DNA of 64,000 nucleotides from an uncultured Actinomycetes bacterium (GCA_963782465.1 CAWAJR010000002.1:165995-229994), one strand, 5' to 3'; positions 52,139 through 61,350 are shown, counted from the stretch's first letter. The notes: generated by a model not told the origin, from the sequence alone. A program made the numbers and translations.

Positions 52139-52155
52139 CGGCTCGGAGCGGGCGG

Positions 52156-53472
52156 TCAGGGGGCGACGTCGAGGCGGACGAGGTCGTCGTAGGTCTCGCG
52201 GCGGACGACGACGCGGCTCTCACCGTTCTCCACGAACACGATCGCGGGGCGAGTCACCTTGTTGTAGTTCGATGCCATCGACGCGCCGTAGGCGCCGGTG
52301 CACGGCGTGGCGATCACGTCGCCCACGGCGAGATCGGCCGGCAGCGAGGCGTCGCGCACCAGCAGGTCGCCCTGCTCGCAGTGCTTCCCGGCGACCGTCG
52401 CGACGAGCGGGCGCTCGGCCGCGGCGCGCGCCGGCACGAACGCTTCGTAGTGCGCGCCGTACGCGACGGGTCGGAGGTTGTCGCTCATCCCTCCGTCGAC
52501 GGCCACGTACGTGCGGATCCCGGGAACGGTCTTGATGGTGCCGACCCGGTACAGCGTGACGCCGGCGGGCGCGGCGATCGAACGGCCGGGCTCGACCATC
52601 AGCCGTGGCTTCGACTTCGCGTCGACGTCGATCAATGCCTTGGCGAACCCTTCGTGCAGCGCCGTGGCGTACTGCTCGATCGACGGCGGGTGGTCCTTCG
52701 TCGTGTAGCGAACGCCGAGACCGCCGCCGACGTTGCATTCGTCGATCGTGGCGCGACGGTGGCGTCTTCGAAGGCGCGGATGAGCGCGGCCATCTTGTGC
52801 AATGCGCGTTCGAACGCGTCGAGACGCGAGATCTGTGAACCGATATGGCAGTGCAGTCCGGTGCATTGCAGCACGTCGCTCTCATGGACGCGCACCGCGG
52901 CGGCGAGCGCGTCGCCGTTGCCGAGGTTGAAGCCGAACTTCGAGTCTTCGGCGCCGGTTTCGATGTGCTCGTGCGTATGCGCGGGGACACCCGGCGTCAC
53001 CCGGACATGCACCTTCGGGCACGACACGCGCGTGGCGCGCGAGCGACTCGAGCCGGTCGAGCTCGTCGAACGAATCGACGATGATCCGACCGACGCCCGT
53101 TTCGAGCGCGAACTGCAGTTCGGATTCCGACTTGTTGTTGCCGTGCATCTCGATGCGATCCGGCGGGAAGCCGGCGTGCCGCGCGACGAACAGCTCGCCG
53201 CCGGTCGCAACGTCGATCGACAATCCTTCTTCGGCGACGATGGCCGCCATCGCGATGCACAGGAACGCCTTGCTCGCGTAGGCGACGCCACCGGTGAAGT
53301 TGTCGCGGTACGCGCGGCACCGGGCGCGCAACTCGCTCTCGTCGTACACATAGAGCGGTGTGCCGTAGAAGTCGGCCAGTCCGGCGAGGTCGACATCACC
53401 GATGGAGACGCGGCCCGACGCATCGAGGCGAGCCGAGCGCGGCAGCAGATCGAGATCGATCGGCGCGCTCAC
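52156..53472 (-). CDS. lysA: Diaminopimelate decarboxylase; two compensating indels (about 53016 and 52757) in this sequence
   Basis: The N-terminus (YGTPLYVYDE..., AYASKAF with the PLP Lys), the middle (CTGLHCHIGSQ) and the C-terminus (VGGGLGVRY..., EPGRSI..., CTGAYG) lie in three track ORFs in frames 1, 0 and 1. The GTG at 53472 lies 5 nt after the argS stop. Confidence 0.88.
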
Positions 53473-53476
53473 GCGC

Positions 53477-55168
53477 TCAGCCCCCGCCCTCGTTCTCGCT
53501 GGTCTCGTTCTCGCCGGTCTCGGTCTCGCTGTCGTCGAGGCGCGCCATCTCGTCGGGCGCGTGCACACCGAGCAACGCGAGGGCGTTCGCGAGCCCGATC
53601 CGGCACGCCTCCGTGAGCCACAGGCGCGCCTGGGTCAGCGCGTCATCGGGCGAGATCACCCGGCAGTCGCGGTAGAAACCGTGGAATTCGCGCGCGAAGT
53701 CGCGCACCCACGTCGCGACCTTCTGCGGGGCGCGCCCCACCGCGGCCTCTTCCACCATCTCCGGGTACGTCGACAGCGCGCGCAGCAACGCTTCTTCTCG
53801 CGGATGGCCGAGGAGGGAGAGGTCGACGTCGTCGAGGGCGCGCCGGGAGATTCCCGCCTCCGCGGCGCGGCGGGCGATCGATGCAACCCGCGCGTGCGCG
53901 TACTGCACGTAGTACACGGGGTTCTCCATCGACTGCGCGGTGACAACGTCGAGGTCGAAGGTCTGGGTCGTGTCGAGGCCCTGGAGCAGGAAGGTCATGC
54001 GGGCGACGTCGGGATCGACCTCGTCGAGGATGTCGGAGAGCGTGACGATGTCGCCGGCCCGTTTCGACATCCGCACTTCCTGGCCGCCACGCAACAACTT
54101 CACCAGTTGCCCGAGGATCACTTCCGGCTCCGGCACCGCTTCGGTACCGAACCCGAGTGCGTGCATCCCCGATTGCAACGACTTCACCTGGCCGTGGTGG
54201 TCGGCGCCCCAGATGTCGATCAGGTGCGTCCACCCGCGGCGCAACTTGTCGCGGTGGTACGCGAGGTCGTTGGCGAGGTAGGTGGTGGTGCCATTCGAGC
54301 GGATGAGGACTCGGTCACGGGTGTCGCCGAAGTTCGTCGTGCGCAACCAGGTCGCGCCGTCTTGCTCGTAGGTGAGGTCGCGCTCGGCGAGCTGCCGCAA
54401 CACGTCGGTGACGTCGCCCCGCGAATGCAGCAGCCGTTCCGAGAACCACGTGTCGAAGTACACGCCGATCCGCCCGAGATCCTCCCGGAGCATCCGCACG
54501 ACGTCGTGGTAACCCCACTCGCACGCCTGCTCCTGCGTGACGTGATCGCCGAGCTCGGCCCGGAGCCGGCCCGCCATCTCCACCAGGTATTCGCCCCGGT
54601 AGCCGTCTTCGGGCGGCTCGTTCCCGCAGTAGCGCGCGTACAGCGAAGCACCGAAGACGTCGAGCTGCGTGCCGGCGTCGTTCAGGTAGTACTCGCGGTG
54701 CACCTCGGCACCCTGCGCGGCGAGCAGGTTCGCGATCGCGTCGCCCGTCGCGACCCAGCGGCCCCCACCCGCGTGCAGCGGGCCGGTCGGGTTCGCGGAG
54801 ACGAATTCGAGGTTGATCCGCGCGCCGGCGAGCGAATCGTTGGTGCCGAAGCCGTCGCCGCCGGCCACCACATCGCGGACCGTGGCGGACAACCAGGCCG
54901 GCGCGAGGAAAAAGTTGCAGAAACCGGGCCCGGCGATCTCGACCCGTTCGATCAGCGGCGACGCGGCGGCTTCGATCGCGGCGCGGAGCCGCTCGGCGAT
55001 CTCGCGCGGCTTCGCCTTCGCCGCTTTCGCCAGTTGAAGCGCCACGGGCGTGGAGAAATCGCCGTGCTCACGCTGTTTGGGCACGTCGAGCACGATCACG
55101 GACGGCTCGGGCAGGCCCGCGGCACGGAGCGCCTCGCGAACGGTCTGCTGGAGCGCGTCGCGGATCAT
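53477..55168 (-). CDS. argS: Arginine--tRNA ligase with a 22-aa acidic C-terminal extension
   Basis: FVSANPTGPLHAGG is the HIGH-type motif and MSKRAG the KMSK-type motif, followed by an anticodon-binding domain. ATG at 55168. The rest of the 1049-aa track ORF is spurious. Confidence 0.95.
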   Translation of the reverse strand: MIRDALQQTVREALRAAGLPEPSVIVLDVPKQREHGDFSTPVALQLAKAAKAKPREIAERLRAAIEAAASPLIERVEIAGPGFCNFFLAPAWLSATVRDVVAGGDGFGTNDSLAGARINLEFVSANPTGPLHAGGGRWVATGDAIANLLAAQGAEVHREYYLNDAGTQLDVFGASLYARYCGNEPPEDGYRGEYLVEMAGRLRAELGDHVTQEQACEWGYHDVVRMLREDLGRIGVYFDTWFSERLLHSRGDVTDVLRQLAERDLTYEQDGATWLRTTNFGDTRDRVLIRSNGTTTYLANDLAYHRDKLRRGWTHLIDIWGADHHGQVKSLQSGMHALGFGTEAVPEPEVILGQLVKLLRGGQEVRMSKRAGDIVTLSDILDEVDPDVARMTFLLQGLDTTQTFDLDVVTAQSMENPVYYVQYAHARVASIARRAAEAGISRRALDDVDLSLLGHPREEALLRALSTYPEMVEEAAVGRAPQKVATWVRDFAREFHGFYRDCRVISPDDALTQARLWLTEACRIGLANALALLGVHAPDEMARLDDSETETGENETSENEGGG

Positions 55169-55324
55169 CGGGAAGGCCGATCGTACTTGAGCGCGCGCTG
55201 GGTGCTGCAGACGTTTCCCGGTGCGCGCGCGGGCAAGTAATGTGCTCGTTGCTGGGGTAGACGGAATCGGCACGGCACCGGCTTTGGCAGGACGGTGCTG
55301 TAGAAAAAACCAGGAGGGGCGGCT

Positions 55325-56203
55325 GTGCCGCAGCAGTCGGGCTTGGGGCGCGGGCTCGCAGCACTGCTGCCGGGCGCCTCGAGCGAACGCACGGACGCGT
55401 CGGAAGCGCCGAGCGCGCCAGAACACGGGGCGGCAGTCGTGGGGGACCTGAGCGCACAGCTGGCCGAAGGACTGGCCAGCACGGAGTCGGGCCTCGGCCT
55501 GATCTATCGCGCCCTCGACGCGCTCGTCGCCCAGTACGGCCTCGAAGACGCCGCGATCGTCATCGAAGAAGCCGGGCTCGGCCGCCAGGTGTTCCGAGCC
55601 GGGCGGCGGCCGCTCGACATGGAGGACGAGCCGCTGCTCACCGCACCGCCCGGCCTCTACACCGAGCCGACCCTCGACAACCAGGGCCTCGACCGGTCGC
55701 TCGTGATCTCGCTGTGCGTGCTCGCCTTGCGCCTCGATCTCCTGCGGTACGACGCGTGGCACGACCCGCTCACCGGCCTCTACGACCGGCGCAGCTTCGA
55801 TCGCCTGCTCGACATGGCCATTGCCCGCAGCAACCGTTACGGCTGGCCGTTCACCCTCGTGATCCTCGACCTCGACGGGTTGAAGACCATCAACGACCAG
55901 TTCGGCCACCCGGCCGGCGACACGGCACTGCGTGACCTCGCCGAGCGGTTCCGCCGGGTCTTGCGAGCGGGCGACAGCGCGGCCCGTATCGGCGGCGACG
56001 AATTTGCGATGATCCTGCCCAACACCGAACCGGAGCTGGTACCGGCCCTGCTCGAGCGCGTTCGCATCGCGCCCGGCATCGCCGACGAGTGCCCGTCGTT
56101 CTCGTTCGGGGTGGCGCAATGTCCCAAGGAAGCGGACGATTTCGAAGCGCTCGTTCGGCTGGCCGACAAGCGCTTGTACCAAGCCAAGGACGGTCGTTCG
56201 TGA
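55325..56203 (+). CDS. GGDEF-domain diguanylate cyclase with an intact I-site
   Basis: DPLTGLYDRRSF and RAGDSAARIGGDEF (an RxxD five residues before GGDEF) are present. The GTG at 55325 is preceded by AGGAGGGG. The N-terminus reads MPQQSGLGRGLAALLP. Confidence 0.88.
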   Translation: MPQQSGLGRGLAALLPGASSERTDASEAPSAPEHGAAVVGDLSAQLAEGLASTESGLGLIYRALDALVAQYGLEDAAIVIEEAGLGRQVFRAGRRPLDMEDEPLLTAPPGLYTEPTLDNQGLDRSLVISLCVLALRLDLLRYDAWHDPLTGLYDRRSFDRLLDMAIARSNRYGWPFTLVILDLDGLKTINDQFGHPAGDTALRDLAERFRRVLRAGDSAARIGGDEFAMILPNTEPELVPALLERVRIAPGIADECPSFSFGVAQCPKEADDFEALVRLADKRLYQAKDGRS

Positions 56204-56849
56204 ACACGCTCGACGATCTCGAACTCGAACTGCGCAAGCTCCCCGGCGTGCATTCGGCGGGGTTTGACCAACGCGACGACGTGCTCCTGATCCAGTTGCA
56301 TGCCGGCCCCGAGCGCGGCGACCAGCCGTTGCCCGTCGCCGCGACCCGGATCGCGGCACGTCATTCCGACCGGCCGGTCGCCGTCGAGGTCGTCCGCTGG
56401 CGCGCGCCGGAGATCCGCGAGGTGCCGGTCGCGCTCCCGGCTCCCCCGGGCGGCACCGTCGGCGGTGAGCACCCGGCCGCGCCCCGGCCGCGCCTGCTGG
56501 CCGTGCTCTCCTTCCCCGACACCGACGAAGTCGAGGTGCACCTGATCCTCGAGGGCCGCCGCACGATCGGGCGGGCGCCCGGCAGCCGCGGCCTGATCGG
56601 TGTCGCCGACGCGACGATCGAAGCACTCACCGGTTTCGGCGCCGATTTCGAGCCCAAGGCACGCTGGGCGCGGCCGCTCGAAGCGAACGGCGACGACGAC
56701 GCGACGGTGCTCATCGCGGTCGCGGTCGACGACGACGGCGGCCTTCGTTACGGCCTCGCGGCCGGCGCGACGTCGATCGACGCGACCGCCCCGCGACGCT
56801 CGACGCGGTCAACCGCCGCCTGTCGTACCTCCTCGCCATCGACCTGTAG
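56200..56849 (+). CDS. Hypothetical protein translationally coupled to the GGDEF gene; frame broken by a 1-nt indel near 56790
   Basis: The GTG at 56200 overlaps the GGDEF TGA (GTGA). After adding one C to the cccc run, the C-terminus reads ...SIDATAPATLDAVNRRLSYLLAIDL* with a TAG at 56847..56849. Confidence 0.5.
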
Positions 56850-56856
56850 ATCACGG

Positions 56857-56893
56857 GCGTCGATAGCTATCGCTATGCGATAGCTATCGACGC
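56857..56893. repeat. 37-nt perfect palindrome, copy 2 of 2
   Basis: Identical to 48086..48122. It contains the last two Arg codons and the TAG (56886..56884) of the minus-strand GT2 gene. Confidence 0.95.
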
Positions 56894-57783
56894 ATGCGGA
56901 TCTCGCGGATGCCACGCCAGGTCGCGCGGGCGATCCCCCACCGTTCAGCCGACCGCGTGGTCGCGGCCTTCGCCGCGTACCAACCGAGCTGCCCGAACGC
57001 CGACACCCAGAAGGCACGTTCGCTCAACCTGCCGGTTCCTGCGTGCACCCGCTCCCAGCGGCTCACCAGTTCCACGGTCGTGAGCGCTTCGATGCCCCGC
57101 CGTTCGACGTCGGACGTGAGGTGCGCGAGGCGCGCCTTCGGGGTGACGACCAGTCGCCACCGTTGGCGGACCCGGTAACTCAGCTGCACGTCTTCGCCGT
57201 TGCGGTTCCGGCCCACCCGTTCGTCGGGCGGTTCGGCTTCGAGCACCGTGCGGCGGTACGACATCGCGCACCCCGGCACCCAGTCGACGTCGACGTCGTG
57301 CGCCGGTTCGGTGTAGATGCGGACGTTGCGCCCCGACGGCAACACGACCCCTTCGCGACGGCTGTCGAGCCCGAGCCATTCGTCGATGCGCCGGTACCGG
57401 TGCGGCGGTTGATCGGTCACGTAGCCGCCGACCCCGCCGATTTCCTCGGTGCCGTCGGCCGCGAACGTCGCGAGGATGCCTTCGATGTAGCCCGGTTCGA
57501 GCACGGTGTCGTCGTCGATGTAGTGGACGATCGGTTCGTGCGTTGCCCGCAACCCGACCAGCCGCTGGTGCACGAGCCCCGGCGTCGACTCGACCCGCTC
57601 GATCACGTGGCCGTCGGGCCAGCGGTCGCGGAACGCCGCCACGACAGTGGCCGATGCGTCGCCGTCGCTCGAATCGACAATCGTGGTGTGGGTCGGCACC
57701 CGGGTTTGCGTGCGCACCGATGCGAGGCACCGCTCGAGCTCGGCGGGCCGGTTCCGCGTGCAGATGATCAGGTCGTCGGTCAT
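56884..57783 (-). CDS. GT2 family glycosyltransferase
   Basis: LIICTRNRPAELERCLASV...IVDSSDGD...YIDDDTVLEP, which includes a DxD-type motif. Confidence 0.82.
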   Translation of the reverse strand: MTDDLIICTRNRPAELERCLASVRTQTRVPTHTTIVDSSDGDASATVVAAFRDRWPDGHVIERVESTPGLVHQRLVGLRATHEPIVHYIDDDTVLEPGYIEGILATFAADGTEEIGGVGGYVTDQPPHRYRRIDEWLGLDSRREGVVLPSGRNVRIYTEPAHDVDVDWVPGCAMSYRRTVLEAEPPDERVGRNRNGEDVQLSYRVRQRWRLVVTPKARLAHLTSDVERRGIEALTTVELVSRWERVHAGTGRLSERAFWVSAFGQLGWYAAKAATTRSAERWGIARATWRGIREIRMRR

Positions 57784-57835
57784 AAGCGGGCGGGGAATTG
57801 TCTCAGATGGGCCCGCTGGTACGATCGACCGCCCC

Positions 57836-57907
57836 GCCCCCGTAGCTCAGGGGATAGAGCATCGGCCTCCGGAGCCGTGTGCGCAGGTTCGAATCCTGCC
57901 GGGGGCG
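57836..57907 (+). tRNA. tRNA-Arg (anticodon CCG)
   Basis: Folded by hand. The acceptor stem GCCCCCG/CGGGGGC has 7 perfect pairs. The D arm is GCTC-AGGGGATA-GAGC. The anticodon loop CTCCGGA gives CCG. The T arm is GCAGG-TTCGAAT-CCTGC. The discriminator is G and CCA is not encoded. Confidence 0.9.
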
Positions 57908-57939
57908 CAACCACTCGAGCGGAGAGACACCGAGAACGG

Positions 57940-58212
57940 TCACGGCTGCGCTTCGCGTTTCGAGTGGTCGCGGGTGACGCGTGCGAGCAGCTCAGCGTCC
58001 TGCGGGAACTCGGCGGCATGGATGAGTGCGAGCCCCCGGGCACGTTCTCGGGTCCCGCCGATGATGAGGCCGGCGATCTCCACCACTTGGCGGTGACGGC
58101 GCGCGGCTGCTTGGGAGTGCTGTCGCGCCGCTTCGAGATGATGGTGGGCATCAGCCTCGTCGCCGGCGATGCTCGCCAGAACCGCGAGAAGGGCATCATC
58201 GATCGGGTTCAT
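57940..58212 (-). CDS. Hypothetical small helical protein
   Basis: MNPIDDALLAVLASIAGDEADAHHHLEAARQH... is about 90 aa from the ATG at 58212. I do not recognise a family. Confidence 0.4.
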   Translation of the reverse strand: MNPIDDALLAVLASIAGDEADAHHHLEAARQHSQAAARRHRQVVEIAGLIIGGTRERARGLALIHAAEFPQDAELLARVTRDHSKREAQP

Positions 58213-58282
58213 GGTTCGACGGTGCGCTCGAGCGCTTACTCGGCGCTGACCCACGGTTCACCACAACCGATACCGTCACGAC

Positions 58283-61267
58283 GTGCGGATCGGTCTCCTC
58301 GGCGGCCTCGAAGTCCGCGATGCAGACGATCGGGACGTCGCCATCACTGCCGGCAAGCAGCAGGCGCTGCTCGCGCTGCTCGCGATCCACGGCGGCCGGG
58401 TCGTTCCGACGGACCAGGTCGTCGATGCACTGTGGGGCGACGACCCGCCCCCGAGGGTCCGCAACGGTCTGCAAGCACTCGCGTCGAAGCTTCGCAGCGC
58501 GCTCGGTGCGGCTGACCTCGTCGTGATGCGCGGTGGCGGTTACGCACTCGAGCTTCCGGCCGACGCAGTCGACATCCACCGGTACGAGCGCCTGGTGGGC
58601 GCCGCTCGGGCGGCCGCGGATGCCGATCCCGGGCGCGCCGTCGCCCTGTACGCCGAAGCTGACGCGCTGTGGCGCGGCGACGCGCTGGCCGGCTTCACCT
58701 ACGAAGAGTTCGCGCAATCGACGATCGGACGGTTGAACGAGCTTCGGCTCGCGGCGACAGAAGAACGCGTCGACCTTGAACTCGACCTCGGAAAGCTCGA
58801 CGGGCCGATCGTCGAGCTCGAAGCGCTCGTCGCTGCGCACCCACTGCGTGAGCGCCTCCGCGGGCAGCTCATGGTGGTCCTGTACCGCGCCGGTCGACAG
58901 GCGGACGCGCTCCGCGTGTTCCAAGAGGGCCGGCGCATCCTGGCCGAGGAGCTCGGGCTCGATCCTGGGCCGGAGCTGCGCCACCTCGAGACCGCGATCC
59001 TCTCGCAGGACAGTTCGCTCGACGCTCCGGCGCCCGGGGGCGTTGACCACTCCAGTCCCACGCGTCGCGCCAAGCTCCCCGAAGCGCTCACTTCGCTCGT
59101 CGGCCGCGACGACGAACTTCGCGAACTCGTACAACTCGCGGCCGATCAGCGGTTCGTCTCACTCGTCGGGCCGGGAGGTGTCGGCAAGACACGACTCGCG
59201 TTGGAAGCGGCGCGCGCCGCCGCCGAGTCACTTGCCGACGGCGGCCGTCTGGTCGAACTCGCGCCCGTGAGCGATCCCGCCGGCGTACGGGCCGCGGTTG
59301 CGTCGGCACTCGACGTGCCGGACGCTCGGACGCTCGCAGATGCGCTCGCCGACCGGGAGATGGTCATCGTTCTCGACAACTGCGAGCATGTGATCGAGGC
59401 TGCCGCGGCAGTGGCCGAGGAACTGCTCCGACAGTGCCCCGGGCTGCGTCTCGTCGCGACGAGTCGTGAGGCGTTGCGGGCCTCGGGCGAGACGGTGTGG
59501 CCGGTGCCACCGCTCGCGCGTGACGATGCGGCGCAGCTCTTCGTCGCCCGCGCCCGGTCGACCGGCGCATCGCTTGATCTCTCGCACGATGCGGAAGAGC
59601 TGATCGCCGACATCTGTGCGCGACTCGACGGCCTCCCGCTCGCCATAGAACTGGCAGCGGCTCGTAGCCGCGCCCTGTCGGTCCATGAGATCGCGTCCCG
59701 GTTGACGGACCGGTTCCGGCTGCTCACCGGCGGATCGCGTACCGCACTGCCCCGTCAGCAAACCTTGGCTGCCGTCGTCGACTGGAGCTACGACCTGCTG
59801 TTCGATGCCGAGCAGCGGGTCTTCGAGCGTCTCTCGGTGTTCCCCGGCGGTTGCGATCTGGCCACTGCCGAAGCGACGTGCACAGACGACATGCTCGCCG
59901 CGGAGGACATTGCCGATCTCGTGCAGGCGCTCGTCGACAAATCACTCGTCATCGCGCGCGCTTCCGGCAGCACGGTGCGTCTCACCCAGCTGCAGACGCT
60001 GTCTCACTACGGCAAGGAGAAGCTCGCCGCTCGCGGCGACGCCGGGCGAATGCGCCACACAATGGCCGCCCATTTCGCGCAGCTCTGCGCGGAAAGCAAA
60101 AACGCCTTCAGCGGTCCGATGCAGCGCGCGTGGCTACGCGCGGTCACACAGGAGCACGACAACCTGCGTGCCGCCCTCGAGTGGGCGATCGCGAACGAGG
60201 ATGCCGAAACGGCCCTGGTGATCGCGGGCGGAGCGAGTTGGTCCCACTGGCTCGCAGGTACGGCGACGGAGGGATCGCGCTGGATCGAGGAGGCATTCGC
60301 GTGCGACGGCGCAGTGACCGACCAAACGCGCGCGCTGGCGTTGACGGGACGGGGTCTGCTGCGGTTCATCGCCGGTGACATACCAGCGGCCGACGACGAC
60401 CTGCGCGAAGCCCTCCAGATCTTTCGCGAATACGACGACGTCGCGGGCCTCACCTTCACCCTGTCGTTCTACGCGGAGACCGCTCGACTCGCCGGGCACG
60501 TCGAGCAGGCGCGCGCCAGGCGCCGCGAAGCGCTCGACATCTATCGCAGCGCACCCGAGGACGCATTCGTGATCGGGGCGCGGGCGTACTCCGAGGCGAT
60601 TCTGGCGATGCTGGATGACGACGTCGCCACGGCCGAGAACCACTACCGCCGGGCCGCCGACGGCTTCCGTACCTCTGACCGGCCGGTCATGTTGGCGATG
60701 ACGCTCGGCGTGCTGGCCGACTTCGACGAACGCCACGGCCACTACCGTGCCGCCGTCGATGAACTGGCGGAGGCGATCGAGCTCGCCGAACAGGTCGGCA
60801 TGCGCGGCTTCGCCGGCTCGCTGTACTCGCGGCTCGCCTGGTCGCTCCTCGAGGACGGCGACGTCGCGCGCGCCGAATGCATGATCGACCGTTCCCTCGA
60901 TGCGGGCCGGCGGCTGCGCAGCCCGCACATCCTCTTCCTCGCCCACGCCGGCTCGGCGCTGCTGCACCGAGTCCGCGGCGCCAATGCCGAGGCCGCAATT
61001 GCCGCGAACGATGCCCTCGCCATCCATGAGACCGAGGGCCCCGACCGGTTCCGGAACCGGATCGACCCGGACTTCGAGATCGCCGCGGTGCTCGCGGTGT
61101 GCCACACGGTGCTGGGTGTGATCGCGATCGAGGACGGCGACGCGACGAGAGGCGCCGAGCACGTCGCCGAAGCCGACCGGCTCCGCTCGCACGCAGGCGC
61201 TCCCGTCCCGAAGTTCCAGGTCGATGACGTCGAACGGGCCCGCGACGCCCTCGCGCCGGCTGAGTAA
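58283..61267 (+). CDS. AfsR/SARP-family regulator: OmpR-type winged helix + BTAD + NB-ARC/P-loop + TPR
   Basis: The N-terminus is RIGLLGGLEV...GKQQALLALLA. The BTAD region is RLRGQLMVVLYRAGRQADALRVFQEGRRILAEELGLDPGPEL. Walker A is LVGPGGVGKTRLA. The C-terminus is a long helical repeat region. Confidence 0.9.
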   Translation: MRIGLLGGLEVRDADDRDVAITAGKQQALLALLAIHGGRVVPTDQVVDALWGDDPPPRVRNGLQALASKLRSALGAADLVVMRGGGYALELPADAVDIHRYERLVGAARAAADADPGRAVALYAEADALWRGDALAGFTYEEFAQSTIGRLNELRLAATEERVDLELDLGKLDGPIVELEALVAAHPLRERLRGQLMVVLYRAGRQADALRVFQEGRRILAEELGLDPGPELRHLETAILSQDSSLDAPAPGGVDHSSPTRRAKLPEALTSLVGRDDELRELVQLAADQRFVSLVGPGGVGKTRLALEAARAAAESLADGGRLVELAPVSDPAGVRAAVASALDVPDARTLADALADREMVIVLDNCEHVIEAAAAVAEELLRQCPGLRLVATSREALRASGETVWPVPPLARDDAAQLFVARARSTGASLDLSHDAEELIADICARLDGLPLAIELAAARSRALSVHEIASRLTDRFRLLTGGSRTALPRQQTLAAVVDWSYDLLFDAEQRVFERLSVFPGGCDLATAEATCTDDMLAAEDIADLVQALVDKSLVIARASGSTVRLTQLQTLSHYGKEKLAARGDAGRMRHTMAAHFAQLCAESKNAFSGPMQRAWLRAVTQEHDNLRAALEWAIANEDAETALVIAGGASWSHWLAGTATEGSRWIEEAFACDGAVTDQTRALALTGRGLLRFIAGDIPAADDDLREALQIFREYDDVAGLTFTLSFYAETARLAGHVEQARARRREALDIYRSAPEDAFVIGARAYSEAILAMLDDDVATAENHYRRAADGFRTSDRPVMLAMTLGVLADFDERHGHYRAAVDELAEAIELAEQVGMRGFAGSLYSRLAWSLLEDGDVARAECMIDRSLDAGRRLRSPHILFLAHAGSALLHRVRGANAEAAIAANDALAIHETEGPDRFRNRIDPDFEIAAVLAVCHTVLGVIAIEDGDATRGAEHVAEADRLRSHAGAPVPKFQVDDVERARDALAPAE

Positions 61268-61350
61268 GCGCCGACCAAGCCCCCGGTAAGGGGCCCATCG
61301 GATCCTGCGACCTGTCCGCAACCCGCGGGCGAGATCCGGGAGGAGTTCCG

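Noticed and set aside
55169-56626. The upstream 486 codons of the 1049-aa ORF containing argS.
   Set aside because: ArgRS homology starts at the ATG at 55168. The upstream part overlaps the plus-strand GGDEF genes in antisense and is low-complexity.
57836-58300. A tRNA-Arg-flanked integrated mobile element.
   Set aside because: No integrase or recombinase gene is present, and I could see no direct repeat of the tRNA 3' end anywhere in the window. It is retained only as a weak context note.
58283-61267. The NB-ARC + TPR protein could be an Avs/STAND-type antiphage sensor.
   Set aside because: The N-terminal module is a classic OmpR-type winged helix plus BTAD (SARP) DNA-binding regulator rather than a nuclease, protease or other effector. 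The architecture matches AfsR-type transcription factors.
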